64,000 nucleotides of DNA from Microbotryum violaceum (lineage: Eukaryota). Shown one piece after another: positions 26,381-39,905 of this stretch; the first letter of the stretch is position 1; each line of letters begins with the position of its first letter. The stretch is taken from NCBI GenBank assembly GCA_001244265.2, contig CDLV01000008.1:1-64000 (forward strand), written 5' to 3'. The position numbers and the translations under genes are program-made. A model generated the notes under the pieces. It searched no databases and was not told the DNA's origin. It saw only the letters and a program-made list of their open reading frames with translations.

Positions 26381-26949
26381 TTTCTCTTCTTTTGTTGATC
26401 ATTTTTCGGGATCATTGTTGATTCCAACAAATTCTTCCGCTGTGTCACTGATGTCCAATGTCTGTTTTACATATCAGTTAACGTCATGCCTAACCATGTA
26501 ACCATGTCAAGTCACAACTCACGCATGCAGTGTCACCAGCTGATGGTGAAGAAAACAACTCGGGGGTTGACATTCAAAGAGGACGTGTTGAAGGGAATTG
26601 CTGCTTGGTAGTTTCCCATTAGCTCCTGAACAATCCCACACCAAGAGCACAGTTTATGAAGTTACTTACTCGAGTCCGTAGCTATACTGCATGCTGCAGC
26701 CATTTCTCGAGAAAACTTGTCCCGTATCGTTGCAGGGCTTCCACGACGACCCCTTCAAGTGTCGCGAGCTCGAGGCCATGTTGTCTCGAGCACAGTTCGG
26801 GTCGGCCCACCCGTTCGATATCCGCATGTTTGTCTGCGCCTGCACCGTGCCGCTGTCAGTATAGGGTCTCAAAGTCAGGCAAAGACTACTACGTACAGAG
26901 AGATGCGCACCTCAACTTTCCCCCCAGAGGTCAGCATTCATGATGCACA

Positions 26950-27150
26950 CCTGTCAACACGACGTCCCTTCGACGTCCTTGACTTCGACCCAAACACTTG
27001 CACATACACCTTAGACCTCCCAGCACGTTACACCAACCCAACAATGATTAAGCTTGGGGACAAAACAGCTTCCCCATTGTGGACATATTCGACTGAACGA
27101 ACCTGCGCAGAAACCTGTTCTTCATGGGCCTGCGATGGTGACTGAGGTTG
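26950..27150 (+). pseudogene. Possible Ty3/gypsy integrase C-terminal relic (GPY/F module)
   Basis: RPFDVLDFDPNTCTYTLDLP resembles the GPF-x-V...Y-x-L-x-LP motif. The match is short and degenerate. Confidence 0.4.
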
Positions 27151-29341
27151 GATCTTGCTAGAAAAAGTTACTTAAGTCCGAGTCGTGCGCCCGCCCCGCG
27201 CCCAATCGCAACCGAGACCCAGAGCCCCTCTCGATCCGGGGTCTTTCCCACCGTCGAGTCGGGGTCTTTCACGCAGTGCGGCCTGTGTTTCAGCTTGGAT
27301 CTTTTCCTCCGATCTGGGATTCACCACACCACCTCACTTGTACTACGGTTAGGAACCATCTTGAACACTATCACTAAGCCCCTTGCGGTACCGGTACCTG
27401 GAGTGGAGCCCGTGCTTTCGTATCGAGTTTGTACTCTGGGCGTCTTCACAGTGGCTTCGCCCGCACGCGCTTTGGCGGGGTCGAGCTGGAGACGGTGACG
27501 CGGTGCACCGTAGCGCGTCCCTTCCATCAGAAAAAGAATCTGGATGCTCTCACGATCGGCTCGGCCAATGGTTCGCCAAACCTTCATTATCGACGCGAAC
27601 GCCCAAGGTGCCTCTTTCTCTGCCAATCCGTCCTCGAGCAGCCAAGTGGTGCGTGACTTCCCCCTCGCTCGCGACTTTGCACCACTTGAATTGGAGGTAA
27701 CTGGATTGGAGGCGGTATCAAGTGGGCGTCCAGAGCTAAAACAAGAGACGTGGTGAATGTAGGAGGCAGCGCGGTGAACGCAAGTGACAAGCTTGAGCCA
27801 CTGTCCCGGTGTGAACCGGGGGCCCCCAACTAGTACTACTAGTACCGTGGCAGACGACCTCGGATTTTGGCCTCCGAGGTAGAAAACCACTCCCTTGATA
27901 TCTTGTGTTTCAGATAAAATTGGGGGCCAAAAACTCCGTTGCGATACGAAGCGTAGCAGTTGTTGCACGTTCGTGTATGGACAAACAATCGGTTGGACCA
28001 GGCTGCAGGCCGCTGGGTCGCCTCCAGGCCCTCGAGGCTCGTCCGAGCTAGGTTGAATAACATGCAGTCGAGTCTATCGTGGCGTGTCAATGAGTGCATG
28101 GAATATACTACCGGCTGGAGGCCTAATCTTTCCTGAGTGCGATAGCTGGGCCGATCAAGGATTTGACAGATGGACGGGGCTCAGCCTTGGTTGCCGACCT
28201 CGATTGCAGACTTGCGCGCGCGACTCGCTTAAGGGGGGACCTTTAAGTTGCTCGTCGTTGCACTCGCTCAAAGATCCATCAGTCAGGCTTCTGTACCAGG
28301 TGGTTGTGATCTTGATGTTACCATGTCTTCTCTCACTCACGAGATCGTTCGAGGTGCTGGAATGGCGTTGCCGAAACTCCCGGTACACCCGGGCAGGTTC
28401 AGAGCCAAAGCGACTGGCCGGTGGACTGAGTCGGCGTGTACAGAAATCAAAGCTGTTCAACGGGCTGTTTCAAGGTTGGATTTGAATCACGGAGGGTCAA
28501 GACGAGATCCCAGCGCTTTGGGGCCGTCATTCTGTACTCGACAGGACTACGCTTTTTGACGGATGATGGTCACCTCTTTACGCTTCTCGCACCCCACCGT
28601 GACTGCGGGATCCCCTCCGGCCCCCTCAAGACACATTTATTGATCCCAAAGGGGCAGACCATGTCCTCATTTCGTCCGAAAGTATTGATACACAGTCCAA
28701 AACAACGCAGATCTAGGGTAGCCAGGCTCTGTGTTACTTTAATCCGGTGGCTTGCGACGTGCGCCGCCGCGTCTTTTCCCCCGCACTCGTGCACTGGTGA
28801 AGCTTGAATAAAATGCGTCAAAGGATGCGCTGCCATCAAAGGGAGGGCTTATGGTATCGAAATCCCGCAAAGTGAACATAATTAGGAAGTTGGATAGGAA
28901 GAGGGAGGAAGGGTCTGATCTGGGACAGAGGCAAAGTGTGAATACCTGTTTTCAACTTCCCCCACAGGGGGGGGGTGGGGCGATAAGCGCCCCTGACAGT
29001 TTTAATACGAACAGGGACCGAGGAACTTTGCAAAAAAAAAAAAAAAACTTTTGACTTTTGAGTAATTTACCCCTCGAACCTGGTATTTATGTCAACTCGT
29101 CAACAGAAGAGTGCGAATGAAAACCCGGGGAGTGGACCTGTACGCGGAAAAGTGGAAAAGAAGGCTCCCGAGACTGCAAAAGTACTCCGAGTGACCCCTG
29201 CTGCAGGCCCACAAATCGAGTGAGCGGCGGAGATCGGGCAACTGACCGAAAGCAATTCCTCGGCTCGCGCTGCTCTAAGATCTGATTCGCGCTCCGCTCT
29301 TTCGCTCGCTCCACCTCATCACCATCCCAAACCCTCACAAG

Positions 29342-30497
29342 ATGCCATCCAAACATCTTTCCAACCGCTACAAACCTAGCGTGCACTCGTCGTCGGTTCC
29401 CGAGACGACGCCGCGTACACCGCTGTCGGTCAGCCTGCACCTCGTCGGGCTCGCGATCCTGTCGAACGCCTTCAGATTGTTGTGGACCCCGTCGCCCGTC
29501 AAGGAGTACATGGACGGCCAGTTTGGTGGGCAGTGGAACTTTCTGACCGTGCTCTCGTAAGTTTACAGAGTCGAGAGGGACAGCAGCTCGGGAGGGACGG
29601 GCACGGCCATTGACGCTGGAACAGCGATGACGTCGTCGTCTTCGGTTCCACCCCGCGATTAATCCTGCCTCGATGTTTCTGTTCCCTACCACAGGCTCGC
29701 GGTCAGTTGGTTGACCTTTGCCGTGGCCGTACTCAAGGATGTGCTTCCGAGTGTTCGATGTGAGTCAGGGCCCAATCTCGTACATCGCATTCCATGGCGG
29801 GGCAGAAGGATGGCAAGAGCTGACTCCCCGACGCCCCTTTTGATACCACACTACAGTGTTTGATCGACTCAAGACGACCCTTATGATCGTCGCCGTTCCC
29901 GTCGAAGGCCTCGTCTCGTTGTTGTATTGGGGCATGCAGGTTGGTTGCCCCCCCAACTCGTTTTTGCTCCGAGCCCAAGTGCCTACCCTCACTCTGATTC
30001 GGACATACAAACAGTTCTACGACCCGTCCCTGCTGACCCCCAAGGGAGCGATCTTCAAGATTCCTTTGTTCCTCGACATCTCAATTCACGCCTTCCCTGC
30101 GCTATTGCTCTGGATAGATTTCCTCGTCTTTTCTCCGCCGATGAGCAAAAAAGCAAACCCGTTATTGATCTCGACCGTGGCGACGATGGGTTACACAACC
30201 TGGATGGAGTACACCAGTTACCACAACCAATGGTTTCCTTACCCATTCCTCAGTGAGTCGAGCGAGGAAAACGCGGTTGCAGGGAAAGACCAACTCATGA
30301 AATCCTTTCTCCGGGGAAATTTTACAGGCGAGTTGACCCGCTTTCATCGCGCGAGTTTTTATATCGCCATGATTCCCGTTCTGTTGGGTCTCTTTTACCT
30401 CGCCAACGGGATCCACCGCAGCGTGCGTGGTCGACCTGCCGGTGTTGAGTCCAAAACGGCGAAGCGATTGGATCGCAAGGTACAAAAGGCGCTCTAA
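29342..30497 (+). CDS. FAR-17a/AIG1-like integral membrane protein (multi-exon)
   Basis: FGGQWNFLTVLS, PVEGLVSLLYW, LDISIHAFPALLLWIDFL and WFPYPFL; GT-AG introns. Confidence 0.85.
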
Positions 30498-30607
30498 CAA
30501 CATATGCGCGAAAAGTCTTCACCAAGAAGTCATCATTTCCAGAATGACCTGAAATTATTACAACATATTTTGATCGACTACATGACCCGGTCCTGGCGAG
30601 ACCAAAC

Positions 30608-33384
30608 TCAGGAAGACAAGAGACCGGGCTGGAGACTTTTGAGCAGTTGGGTCCCCTGAATCATCTCGGTCGTCACTATGAGGAGGTTGCGACCTGAGAA
30701 TGATGCGAAATATCAATGAGTCACGTGAATCACAAACCCAACACGTAGGGCGACTAACCTCGCATTCCCCGTTGAGCAAACCTCAGAGCCGCGACCTCGG
30801 CGTACGTGATCCCGCCCAAATACACGACGACCGTAGTCTTGGTCCTCATCATCGCCGCCGCCTCCGCCTCACTTTCGTTCTCCCCATAAGCTTTACCCTT
30901 CGCTTCGCCCATGACTCGATCAAAGATTTCACCCCCTCTCAAAGTCTTGACGACCTCTTCAACCCCTTTCCACCCATTCACACCACCATTCCCCGCATTC
31001 GCATTCGCATTCGCACTCGCTCCCCCGATACCGGACATCCTCCCCAACGACGAAGCACCATTCGTCAAACCCGCCAAAGCCGACGAACCCGTCGAAAGCT
31101 TGGTCGCTCCCCCTGCCCCAATCGCACATTGTACCAACCTCACACTTAAAGGTGCGTACCCGAAAAGACGTAGGAAATGTCCGAGGGGGAAGATTCGTCG
31201 ACGTCGTCGACGATCAGTTTAAGTGGTTTGCGGGAGAGCGCAAAGGTAGATTTGGAGGGGTTGCTCAAGGAGGCAGGGGGTCGGGAGAGAAGGGAGAGGC
31301 TCGTGAGGTGGGTCAAGAGGGTGAGATGTTGGTAGCCGTAGGTCTGTAGGTACGTAAAGACTCAGTTTCAGGCCACTAAGCTCCGGTACCGGATTGTGCA
31401 CGCACCTGCAGTATCTCCTTCTTGAACTCCTCGAGCACTTTTTGCTTCAGCCCGCCCGAAACGAGCGAGTAGAGGCATAAGAGCCGCAGTACGGTGTAGA
31501 GCGGTACTTCTTGGTTGATCAGCTCGCGAATCGTCGTTTCCTGCGTCGCCAGATCGACCCCGGCGATGGTGTCTGATCGGAAAAGAGTGGGGTCAGGATC
31601 ATTCCTATTCCGCACCTAAAATAACTCGAGACTGACTCTGCTGCACCTCGAGACAGGTATTAAACTCGTCCCCTCCCGTGACGGTCATAATTTTCTCCGT
31701 TAACGCCGTGTGCAACCTCAGACTTTGGTGCTCATTCTGTAGACCCCCCAGTTGGCCGACGAATAGCCGTAACTCGGCCGGTGTGCGCGCCTGATGCCGC
31801 TTATCGTAATCGTCATTGAGGCGCCGGGCGATGCGGTTGAGGTGCGAACCGATGATGGCGAAATTCGCGTCGCGCAGGGTAGGGAACAAAGGGTCCGAGG
31901 TCGACGAGAGGAGGTGCTTTTTGGGTTTCGGGGGCGCGGCTTGCGAGATGGAAGGTTGCGAGGGCGAAGTCGAAGGTCCCGAAGCCGGGGCCGGGTTCAA
32001 CAACGAAGGGTCGACATCGACGTGGGCTGTACGAGCGCCGATCGCGTGCATCAGCACCGGACGAAACATTACGGCGTGATTTGGTACGCACAGTTCTTGA
32101 TGCCAATTATCTCGTCAATCAGGCCCTCGTAGGTCAGTTGCGTGCACATGGGCGTGACGAGGTCGACGGATCGATCGAGGATGACCATCGAGTCGATCGA
32201 GGCGTTCGTCGCGGCCAAAGGTGGTGCACCCGCGGTCGACGAAGGCGCCTCTCTCCGTAATCGTTGCAACAAGTCGACGAGTTTCTGATTGCCAAGAGTC
32301 AAACGTCATCAACTTGACGAATTCTCGACGAGGCTGGATGTACAATACGACTCACATTCGCCGCTTCCCCCTTGCCGATGATCCGCGGCACATCGCCAAG
32401 AGCGCGCTGCAGAACCATCAAACCTTTGGCCATGTCCCAAATGACGGCGCCATCCTGGTCGAGCTCCAACCGCTTGTACGAGTCCTCCATCTCCAACGAG
32501 AGCAGGTCCGACTCGAGCGTGATGAGCCCGAGCTGGAACTCGTGGATGTCGAGCGAGCCGAACACGCCGAGGTCCGAGAGCAGGGCCTGACAGGGGGCGG
32601 TCAAGCGAGGTACGACGAGGAGATGGTACGAGTACGACGACGAATTTGACGATGAGGTCGCCTTGATTTGGTCTTTGGTGGACGTAAGGTGAGGAGCAGC
32701 ATCACAAGCAAAGAGAGATCAGTTGGACCGGTAATAATTTTGTTGAGCCCCACACGTGGGGTAGATGGTGTTTCCGGATGATGATGGAGTCCCTCTGCGT
32801 GTCCAGAGTGACGGATGGTACTTGCGCCATCCTCACCGGCAAAGGGTCGCCCAACATCGAGCATAATTATGGAACATCGATGTGTGGAATCTTACTGACC
32901 AAGCTTGCAACGAGGAAACGTCCCCTCCCCCGAGGAGAAAGAGGGGACAGGTGCAAAGCCCGGCTAATTTGTTCCGAGGGAGAGGACAAGATCCAATGAA
33001 CAAGGAAAAGTGCTTACCTGCAATGATCTTGATCCACCTCAACTGAGGTCGACACAGATACACGATGTTGCGCTCAATGCCCCCACCTCCGCTCCCGCTC
33101 GCCCCTGACGCGGCCCCACCCAGCGCGCCCGGTTCCAACCAGAACATGCGACTGACGCCATGGTCGTTCTTGAGCGACGACACCTGCGTGATCAACCCCA
33201 GTGGACCGGCTAGAGAAGGCTCGAGGATGAGTGTTTTCGGGCCGACGATCTTGTCGAGCAGGCCACGTAGGGCCGATGACGACACGAGCTGGAACAGGTG
33301 CGCGTCCACGTCGGTGCTGGGACCACCGTAGCCGTGAGGCTGCTGCTCCTCGGCATGGTGATGCTGGTAGTTGTAGTTGGCCAT
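30608..33384 (-). CDS. VPS33: Vps33, Sec1/Munc18-family HOPS/CORVET subunit (multi-exon)
   Basis: GPKTLILEPSLAGPLGL, LESDLLSLE, ILDRSVDLVTPMCTQLTYEGLIDE, HQSLRLHT, GAYAPLSVRLVQ and VVVYLGGITYAEVAALRF. The last exon ends at TGA 30608. Confidence 0.93.
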
Positions 33385-33646
33385 GCCAGGCGGCGGTGTC
33401 GACGGGGGTCACGACAGAGCGAGAGGAGCGATTGCGTTGATTCGAGGTGTCAAAAATGGGTCATTAATCCCGGAAGCGACCTGAAGCCACGGTAATTAGC
33501 GACGATTAGTGCCAATTAGCCCCATTATGCCACCCTATGCCACCGGGCTTTTGACTCGGCGTGATTCGGGGCCGAGGCGCGCTCTGTCTTCTGTCTTTTG
33601 CTCGTCGTCACTCAGCTCGCAGCCGCAGACAACCACCAACAAGCGC

Positions 33647-35837
33647 ATGCGATTGCAGTTACTGCATTCCTTGACCCGATCCAGACCCCTACTTCGAACT
33701 ATACCCAGTGCCCTCCCCCGTGCCAAGCTCACCATGTCCGCGCCCTCATCGTCATCGACCCCGACGACCCACTCGAACGAGCTCAACGACCGCATCAAGG
33801 CCCAGGGCGATGTCGTACGCCAGCTGAAAAAAGACAAGGCCAACGTGGCCCAGATCGAACAGGAACTGGCCAAGCTCAAGTTGCTCAAGGATGAGCTCGT
33901 CAAGATCAACCCCAACTCGCCCGCCGCGGTCGAGGCAGCGGCCAAAGCGGCCAAAGGTGCTGCAGGCAAGGCCAAGAAGTTTACCCTCAAGACACCCAAG
34001 GTGAGGCTGGAGTAGCATTTATTCGTGGTGTCAAAACTTCTGGCTCATCTCGCTGGAATGTCCCACTTCGCAGGGCACCAAAGACTGGCAGCCGGCCGAC
34101 ATGATCCTGCGCCAACAAATTTTCAAGAAGATCACCGACGTCTTTGAGCTCCACGGTGGAGTCACGATCGACACCCCCGTCTTTGAACTCAAAGAGATCC
34201 TGTCGGGCAAGTACGGCGAGGACAGCAAGTTGATCTACGATCTGCAGGATCAGGGCGGCGAATTGTGCTCGCTCCGATACGATTTGACCGTGGGTTGCCA
34301 TCCTTCTGATTCCCGACTTCCGTACATACACGGTACTCATTTACACTACCTACGATGCCATGCAGGTCCCCTTTGCCCGCTTCCTGGCCATGAACGGCGC
34401 AAAGTACCCGCAGATCAAGCGCTACCACATCGCCAAGGTCTATCGTCGAGACCAACCGGCCATGTCCAAAGGTCGCATGAGGGAATTCTACCAATGTGTG
34501 AGTGTCATGCTCTTGGGTGACCTGATGGAAGCTACCGTGTAAAGTTTGCTGATCTATGGGTGTCTTTATAACAGGACTTTGATATCGCCGGGGCCAACTA
34601 TGACAAGATGTTGCCCGATGCCGAGATCTTGACCATCGCCTGCCAGGTCCTGGACGCTCTCGAAATCGGCGAATACACCATCAAGGTAGGAAAGATCTTC
34701 AGGGTGGGGACCCAGGCGCTTTTTTGACTTGGGCCACCTTTATTCATGGCAGGTCAACCACCGCAAAATTTTGGACGGTCTGTTCGCCGTCTGCGGTGTC
34801 CCGCTGGACAAGACGCGCACCATCTCGTCGGCCGTCGACAAGCTCGACAAATCCCCTTGGAGCGAGGTCAAGCGGGAAATGACCGAGGAAAAGGGTTTGG
34901 ACCCGCAGGTCGCGGACAAAATTGGCGAATACGTTAAGCTTAAGGGCGGGAAAGAGTTGGTCGACCGCCTGCTCGCGGATGCGCACCTGCCGAAGAACAA
35001 GAGCGCGAAAGAGGGTATCGAGGAGATGGGTTTGCTTTTCAAGTACCTGGACATTTTCGGTGTGACCGACAGGGTGAGTCTTCACGAAACGGAATTTTCT
35101 TCAAGTGATAGCCAGCTGACGCATACCCTCGCTGGTGATAGATGTCGTTCGATCTGTCTCTCGCTCGCGGTCTCGACTACTACACGGGCATCATCTACGA
35201 GGCCGTCACCGAGGGTTCGGCACCACCACCCCCTTCCTCGACCGCTGCTCTCCCCTCAACTGACCCTTCCTCCGCGGCAAGTGCTGGACCAACACCCAAG
35301 CCCAAGGCCGCTGCTACGATCGGCGCCGACGGCGAGCCCGAACTCGACGAGTCGATGGTCGGTGTAGGCTCGATCGCGGCCGGTGGCCGCTACGACGAAC
35401 TCGTCGGCATGTTCTCCGGAGGTGGAGCCTCGGGTGCTATTCCTTGCGTCGGCATCTCGTTTGGTGTCGAACGATTATTCTCCCTTCTGCTCGCCAAAGG
35501 ACAAGAGTCCAAGCGGGGCAAAAACACCGAGGTCTACGTGATGTCGCTCGGCGACGGTCTCTTGGAGGAACGGATGAAGGTCTGCAAGGACCTGTGGGAC
35601 GCCGGAATCAAGGCCGAGTTCATGTACAAGAAGAAACCGAAGCGACCGGCGCAGTTCGAATATGTCGACAAAGAGCGGATCCCGTTCGCCGTCATCGTCG
35701 CACCGGACGAGATGGAAAGGGGCGAGATCAGGATCAAGCCCCAGTTGGGCAAGGAGGAGGCGCAGGGGCTCGGCGTCTTGGTCAAGCGCGACGAGTTGGT
35801 GTCTTGGTTGCTTAAAGAATTGCGTGCGGGCCAGTAG
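33647..35837 (+). CDS. HTS1: Histidyl-tRNA synthetase with WHEP domain and a putative mitochondrial presequence
   Basis: QGDVVRQLK (WHEP), [59 protein letters not shown] and AAGGRYD. Confidence 0.97.
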
Positions 35838-37049
35838 CATCTACTTAACTAAATAATACCCACTGATACATGAAAACCGCACGCAAACAAAAAAAAAAAA
35901 AAAGGGTCCTGATGGGAACACGGCACGTTTTGAGCCAACGTTACACCTTTGAGAGAAATGAAGCTTCGCAATGATTCCTCCCCTCGACAAGCCAGCAAGC
36001 GCATCGCCAAGGAGAGCGATGGTCTTGGCTGGCGTCCGCCCGCGCGCACTTGTGGCGCTTGGGTGACCCATTGGTGCGTTGGCGCCAATGAAGTCGCTCG
36101 ATGCAAGGGCGAAAATCGCAATGCGGTAAAGGAAGAAAACCCAAGCTTGTCTCACATTTCCAAGGGTCAGGGTCCACTCTTGGCAAAAAAACATAGCCTC
36201 ACTCCTTACCAGATGCACGTCAATGTTGTTATGTGTAAATTCAGGGTTGAACTGGCGCGTCGGTTCCGGGAGCTCTCGAAATCGAGTGCGATGCCCACGG
36301 CGGGCTCCGGCAGCACAAACAACAACACCGATAGCTTACGTTTCGGACCACACATTGCGAGCACACCTTCCTTCTTTGCGTTCTACTGGTTCTTCGCAAA
36401 TTCGCCGTTTGTTGATTTCTTACTCTTCCACCTATTGCTGCATCACTCGGACGAAGTACACTGCAACGGTTCGTATCTCCGACGACCGTCGATCGAAGCG
36501 CTTGGCCGGCCTATCCGAAATGCCAAGCGCACCGCTTTGCCTTGGTCTGTCTCGGGCGTCAATTGAACCGCCGCAGTGGCTTTCGCTTCCGTCACATCTC
36601 CAAGGCAAGACGGACATCCGAGCAGTACAACATTGTGAGTAAGCGCTACTCGCACCGAAGCGTCTCCTCTACCCGCCCTCGTCGACCGTCGCGACTCGCC
36701 TGTATGCGAGAATCGAGCTCGTGCTTGGCTGAGACTCCATGCCTCGACCGGGGCCGAATAAGCTTTGACGGCGAGCGCGTTTGCGGAGTCCGGTGCGGTG
36801 GTATCCTGCACGAACGAGAGTGAACCCACAGGCCAATCAATGCCTCCTGCACCACACACCACCATTGGTCGATCAGATTAACGATCCTCTGCGGCCATCC
36901 GCCGGGATCGACGACTTTCGTTGAACACGGCGGTGGCCCCGAGGCCTTCCGAGATTGCCAGGCCACTGCCGCGCTCGCAAATGCTGACTCTTCGCCTTGC
37001 TCCTCCTCTCGGGTCCCTCCTTTTTCGGCGTTCAGCTGCTCTTTGAGTA

Positions 37050-39905
37050 ATGTCGTCCTACCCACCTCATCGAGGACAAGGCACCGAAGATATGATGGCC
37101 GGTGGTGGACACTCGATGATGGATGGTCCGCAGCCGACCTCGGCGGACCTGTACGCCGCGGTGCCGACGAACCACGACTCGAACCTCGCCTACGCGGCGT
37201 ACTCGACCCCTTACGACTCGATCATGATGGAGGAGATGGACCCCGCGCTCGGCTCACCATCGCACGTCCACGACGACGTGCCCACTAGCCCTCCTACGCG
37301 CAGCCACAGCGTCGCATCGTATAGTGATCATCACGGCGGCTCGTACGCGCGCTATGACGGCCCCGCGGCGTCGACGTATTCGCTCGGTGTCGACGGCCAG
37401 TCGCAGCTGGGTCTGAATCCTCGCTCGGGGAGCGTACTCGGAGTATACGAAAAGTACGAGGATCACGAGATGGGCGACAAGGCGAGTGCAGGGCGGCGAG
37501 GGACTGCGAACGTTGCCGGCGGTCGCACACTCGTCAAGAAGGGCACGACTGGATTTTGGGCCACTCTGTCGAGTCGCGGGCGCAAATTCTTGCTGCTCGC
37601 CGTGCTCGTCGTCTTGCTCCTCATCGCCGTCGCCGTTGCGATCCCGACAGCGCTCGTGACGCGCAACAATGAACGCAAAGCCAACAATGCCTTGGCCGCC
37701 GATGGCTCGTCGTCAGCAGCACCGACGACGCTAGGTTCGGCCGCGCCTTCTTCGGCCGCTGCACCTCTCACGACCTCGGCGACGCCGACGACGACGGCAT
37801 TCCAGGGAATCCCAACGGGTGCAAACGGGTCGGCGGACTGGCGTACAGCACCGTTCGGAGGTGATGGGTCGATCGTCTACACGGAGAGCGGATCGCCGTT
37901 CGTGTACAACAACAGCTTTGGCGGCTTTTGGGTGTCGATCCCGTTCAACGACTCGGCGCGCGCGCAGGACGATGTCCCGCCGCTGAACGAGCCGTGGGAC
38001 TATTCGACGACGCTCATCAACGGCGTCAATCTCGGAGGTTGGCTCGTGACCGAACCTTTCATTGTCCCTGCGCTGTACGAACCCTTCAACGCCGCGAGCG
38101 ACTCGCGCACGGCGACGAACCGCGCGATCGACGAGTGGACCTTGTCCGAGGCGCTTGGCACGAGCCTGACCTCGGTCATGACGAACCACTACGAGACTTT
38201 CATCACCGAGCAGGACTTTGCCGAGATCGCGAGTGCGGGCCTGAATTGGGTGCGCATCCCGATCGCGTGGTGGCTCGTCGAGGCGTGGGAGGGCGAGCCG
38301 TTCCTCGCAAATGTCGGGTGGACGTACTTCCTCAAGGCCATCGGCTGGGCGCGCAAGTACGGTCTGCGCCTCAACCTCGATCTCCACGCCGTCCCCGGCT
38401 CGCAGAACGGCTACAACCATTCGGGTCGCCAGGGGACCGTGAATTTCTTGAACGGCGTGATGGGGATCGCGAATGCGCAGCGCACGCTCGACTGTATCCG
38501 CACCCTGACCGAGTTCATCAGCCAGCCCCAGTACAGTAACGTCGTACCGATGTTTAGCGTGCTCAACGAGCCCCTTGGCCTGTTGGCGATCGACGTCGAG
38601 TCGCTGCGTCACTTGTATGTTACCGTCGGACTCTTGCGCTAGCACGTGGTGGCTCACTCGAGCTGACTTTCCCTGCTTCCATTCCTTTCGACTCGCACAG
38701 TTATTGGGAAACGTATTCAATGATGCGTCAAATCACGGGCTACGGCACGGGCAAAGGTCCCTTCATCTCCTTCCACGACGGCTTCATGAACCTCAACTCG
38801 ACTCGCGACGGTGGGTGGATGGGGTGGATGCCCGGATCGGACCGCGTCTCGCTTGACACGCACCCGTACCTGTGCTTTTCGGAACCCAACAACGACGGCA
38901 TGACGTACCAAGCCGCTAAGCCGTGCATGTACTGGGCCGACAAGATGAACGTGACGACGCAACAGTTCGGACTCGCGATCGCGGGCGAATGGAGTCTCGC
39001 GATCAACGACTGCGGCAAATGGCTCAACAACGTCGGGAACGGCAACCGGTATAACGGCACATACTATCTCCCCAACACGGAAGCGATGACGCCCCGTTTC
39101 GCCGGCGTCGGGAGCTGCGATGTGTGGAACGTGAGTCGTCTTTTCCCTCATCGGTGGGGAGAGGTAAACTTGACTGCGCACGGAGTCGCAAACTGACTAA
39201 CCCTGGCTCCCGCTTTTCTACCACCGGCAGGACTACACGAGGTGGAACCAAACGATCAAGGATGGGTTCCGACTCGTCGCAACGGGTCATATGGACGCTT
39301 TCCGCCATTGGTTCTTCTGGACGTGGAAGACGGGTTACTCCAACACGCTCGGCCGCATCGCCAACCCGATGTGGAACTACCAACTCGGGTTCGAGAACGG
39401 GTGGATTCCGCCCAACCCGCGCGAGGTCGTTGGCGCTTGCCAGTCACTCGTTCGCAACAACGGCTTCACCGTCGCGTTGGGTTCGAACCCGGCACCGACG
39501 CTCGCCCCGTGGATGACGGGAGGGAGTGGAGCCGGGACGCAGCAAAATGAGGCGATGAGTCGCAGTTACACGAGGTGGCCGCCGGTCTCGCTCGGTACGT
39601 TGAACACGGCCAACTTACCGCAGTACACCCCGACGGCACCGGTCGTGACTATGCCCGTCGCGACGCCGACGAGTTACCCAAACGGATACTCGGCCGTCAC
39701 GAACCCCGGCAACGGGTGGCACAACACAGGCGATGCCAAAGGCTTCATGACCGAAATCGCCGGGTGCACCTATCCCGATCCGTGGCAGGGTGTATCGGCG
39801 ACGGTACCTTCGAGACCTTGCACGGGCGGTGCACGAATGGTCAAGAGGAATATCGTCGTCGAGCGCGGGCCGGCCCCGACGCCTCCTCCTCGACCGGTCG
39901 GCTAG
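37050..39905 (+). CDS. GH5 exo-beta-1,3-glucanase with a single transmembrane anchor (type II topology)
   Basis: Transmembrane stretch FLLLAVLVVLLLIAVAVAIP, GVNLGGWLVTEPFI, DEWTL, GLNWVRIP, DLHAVPGSQNGYNHSG, catalytic NEP and GEWS, and FFWTWK. Confidence 0.93.

Noticed and set aside
27150-29300. Several 70-215 aa ORFs
   Set aside because: No recognisable motifs or consistent splice structure; left unannotated.
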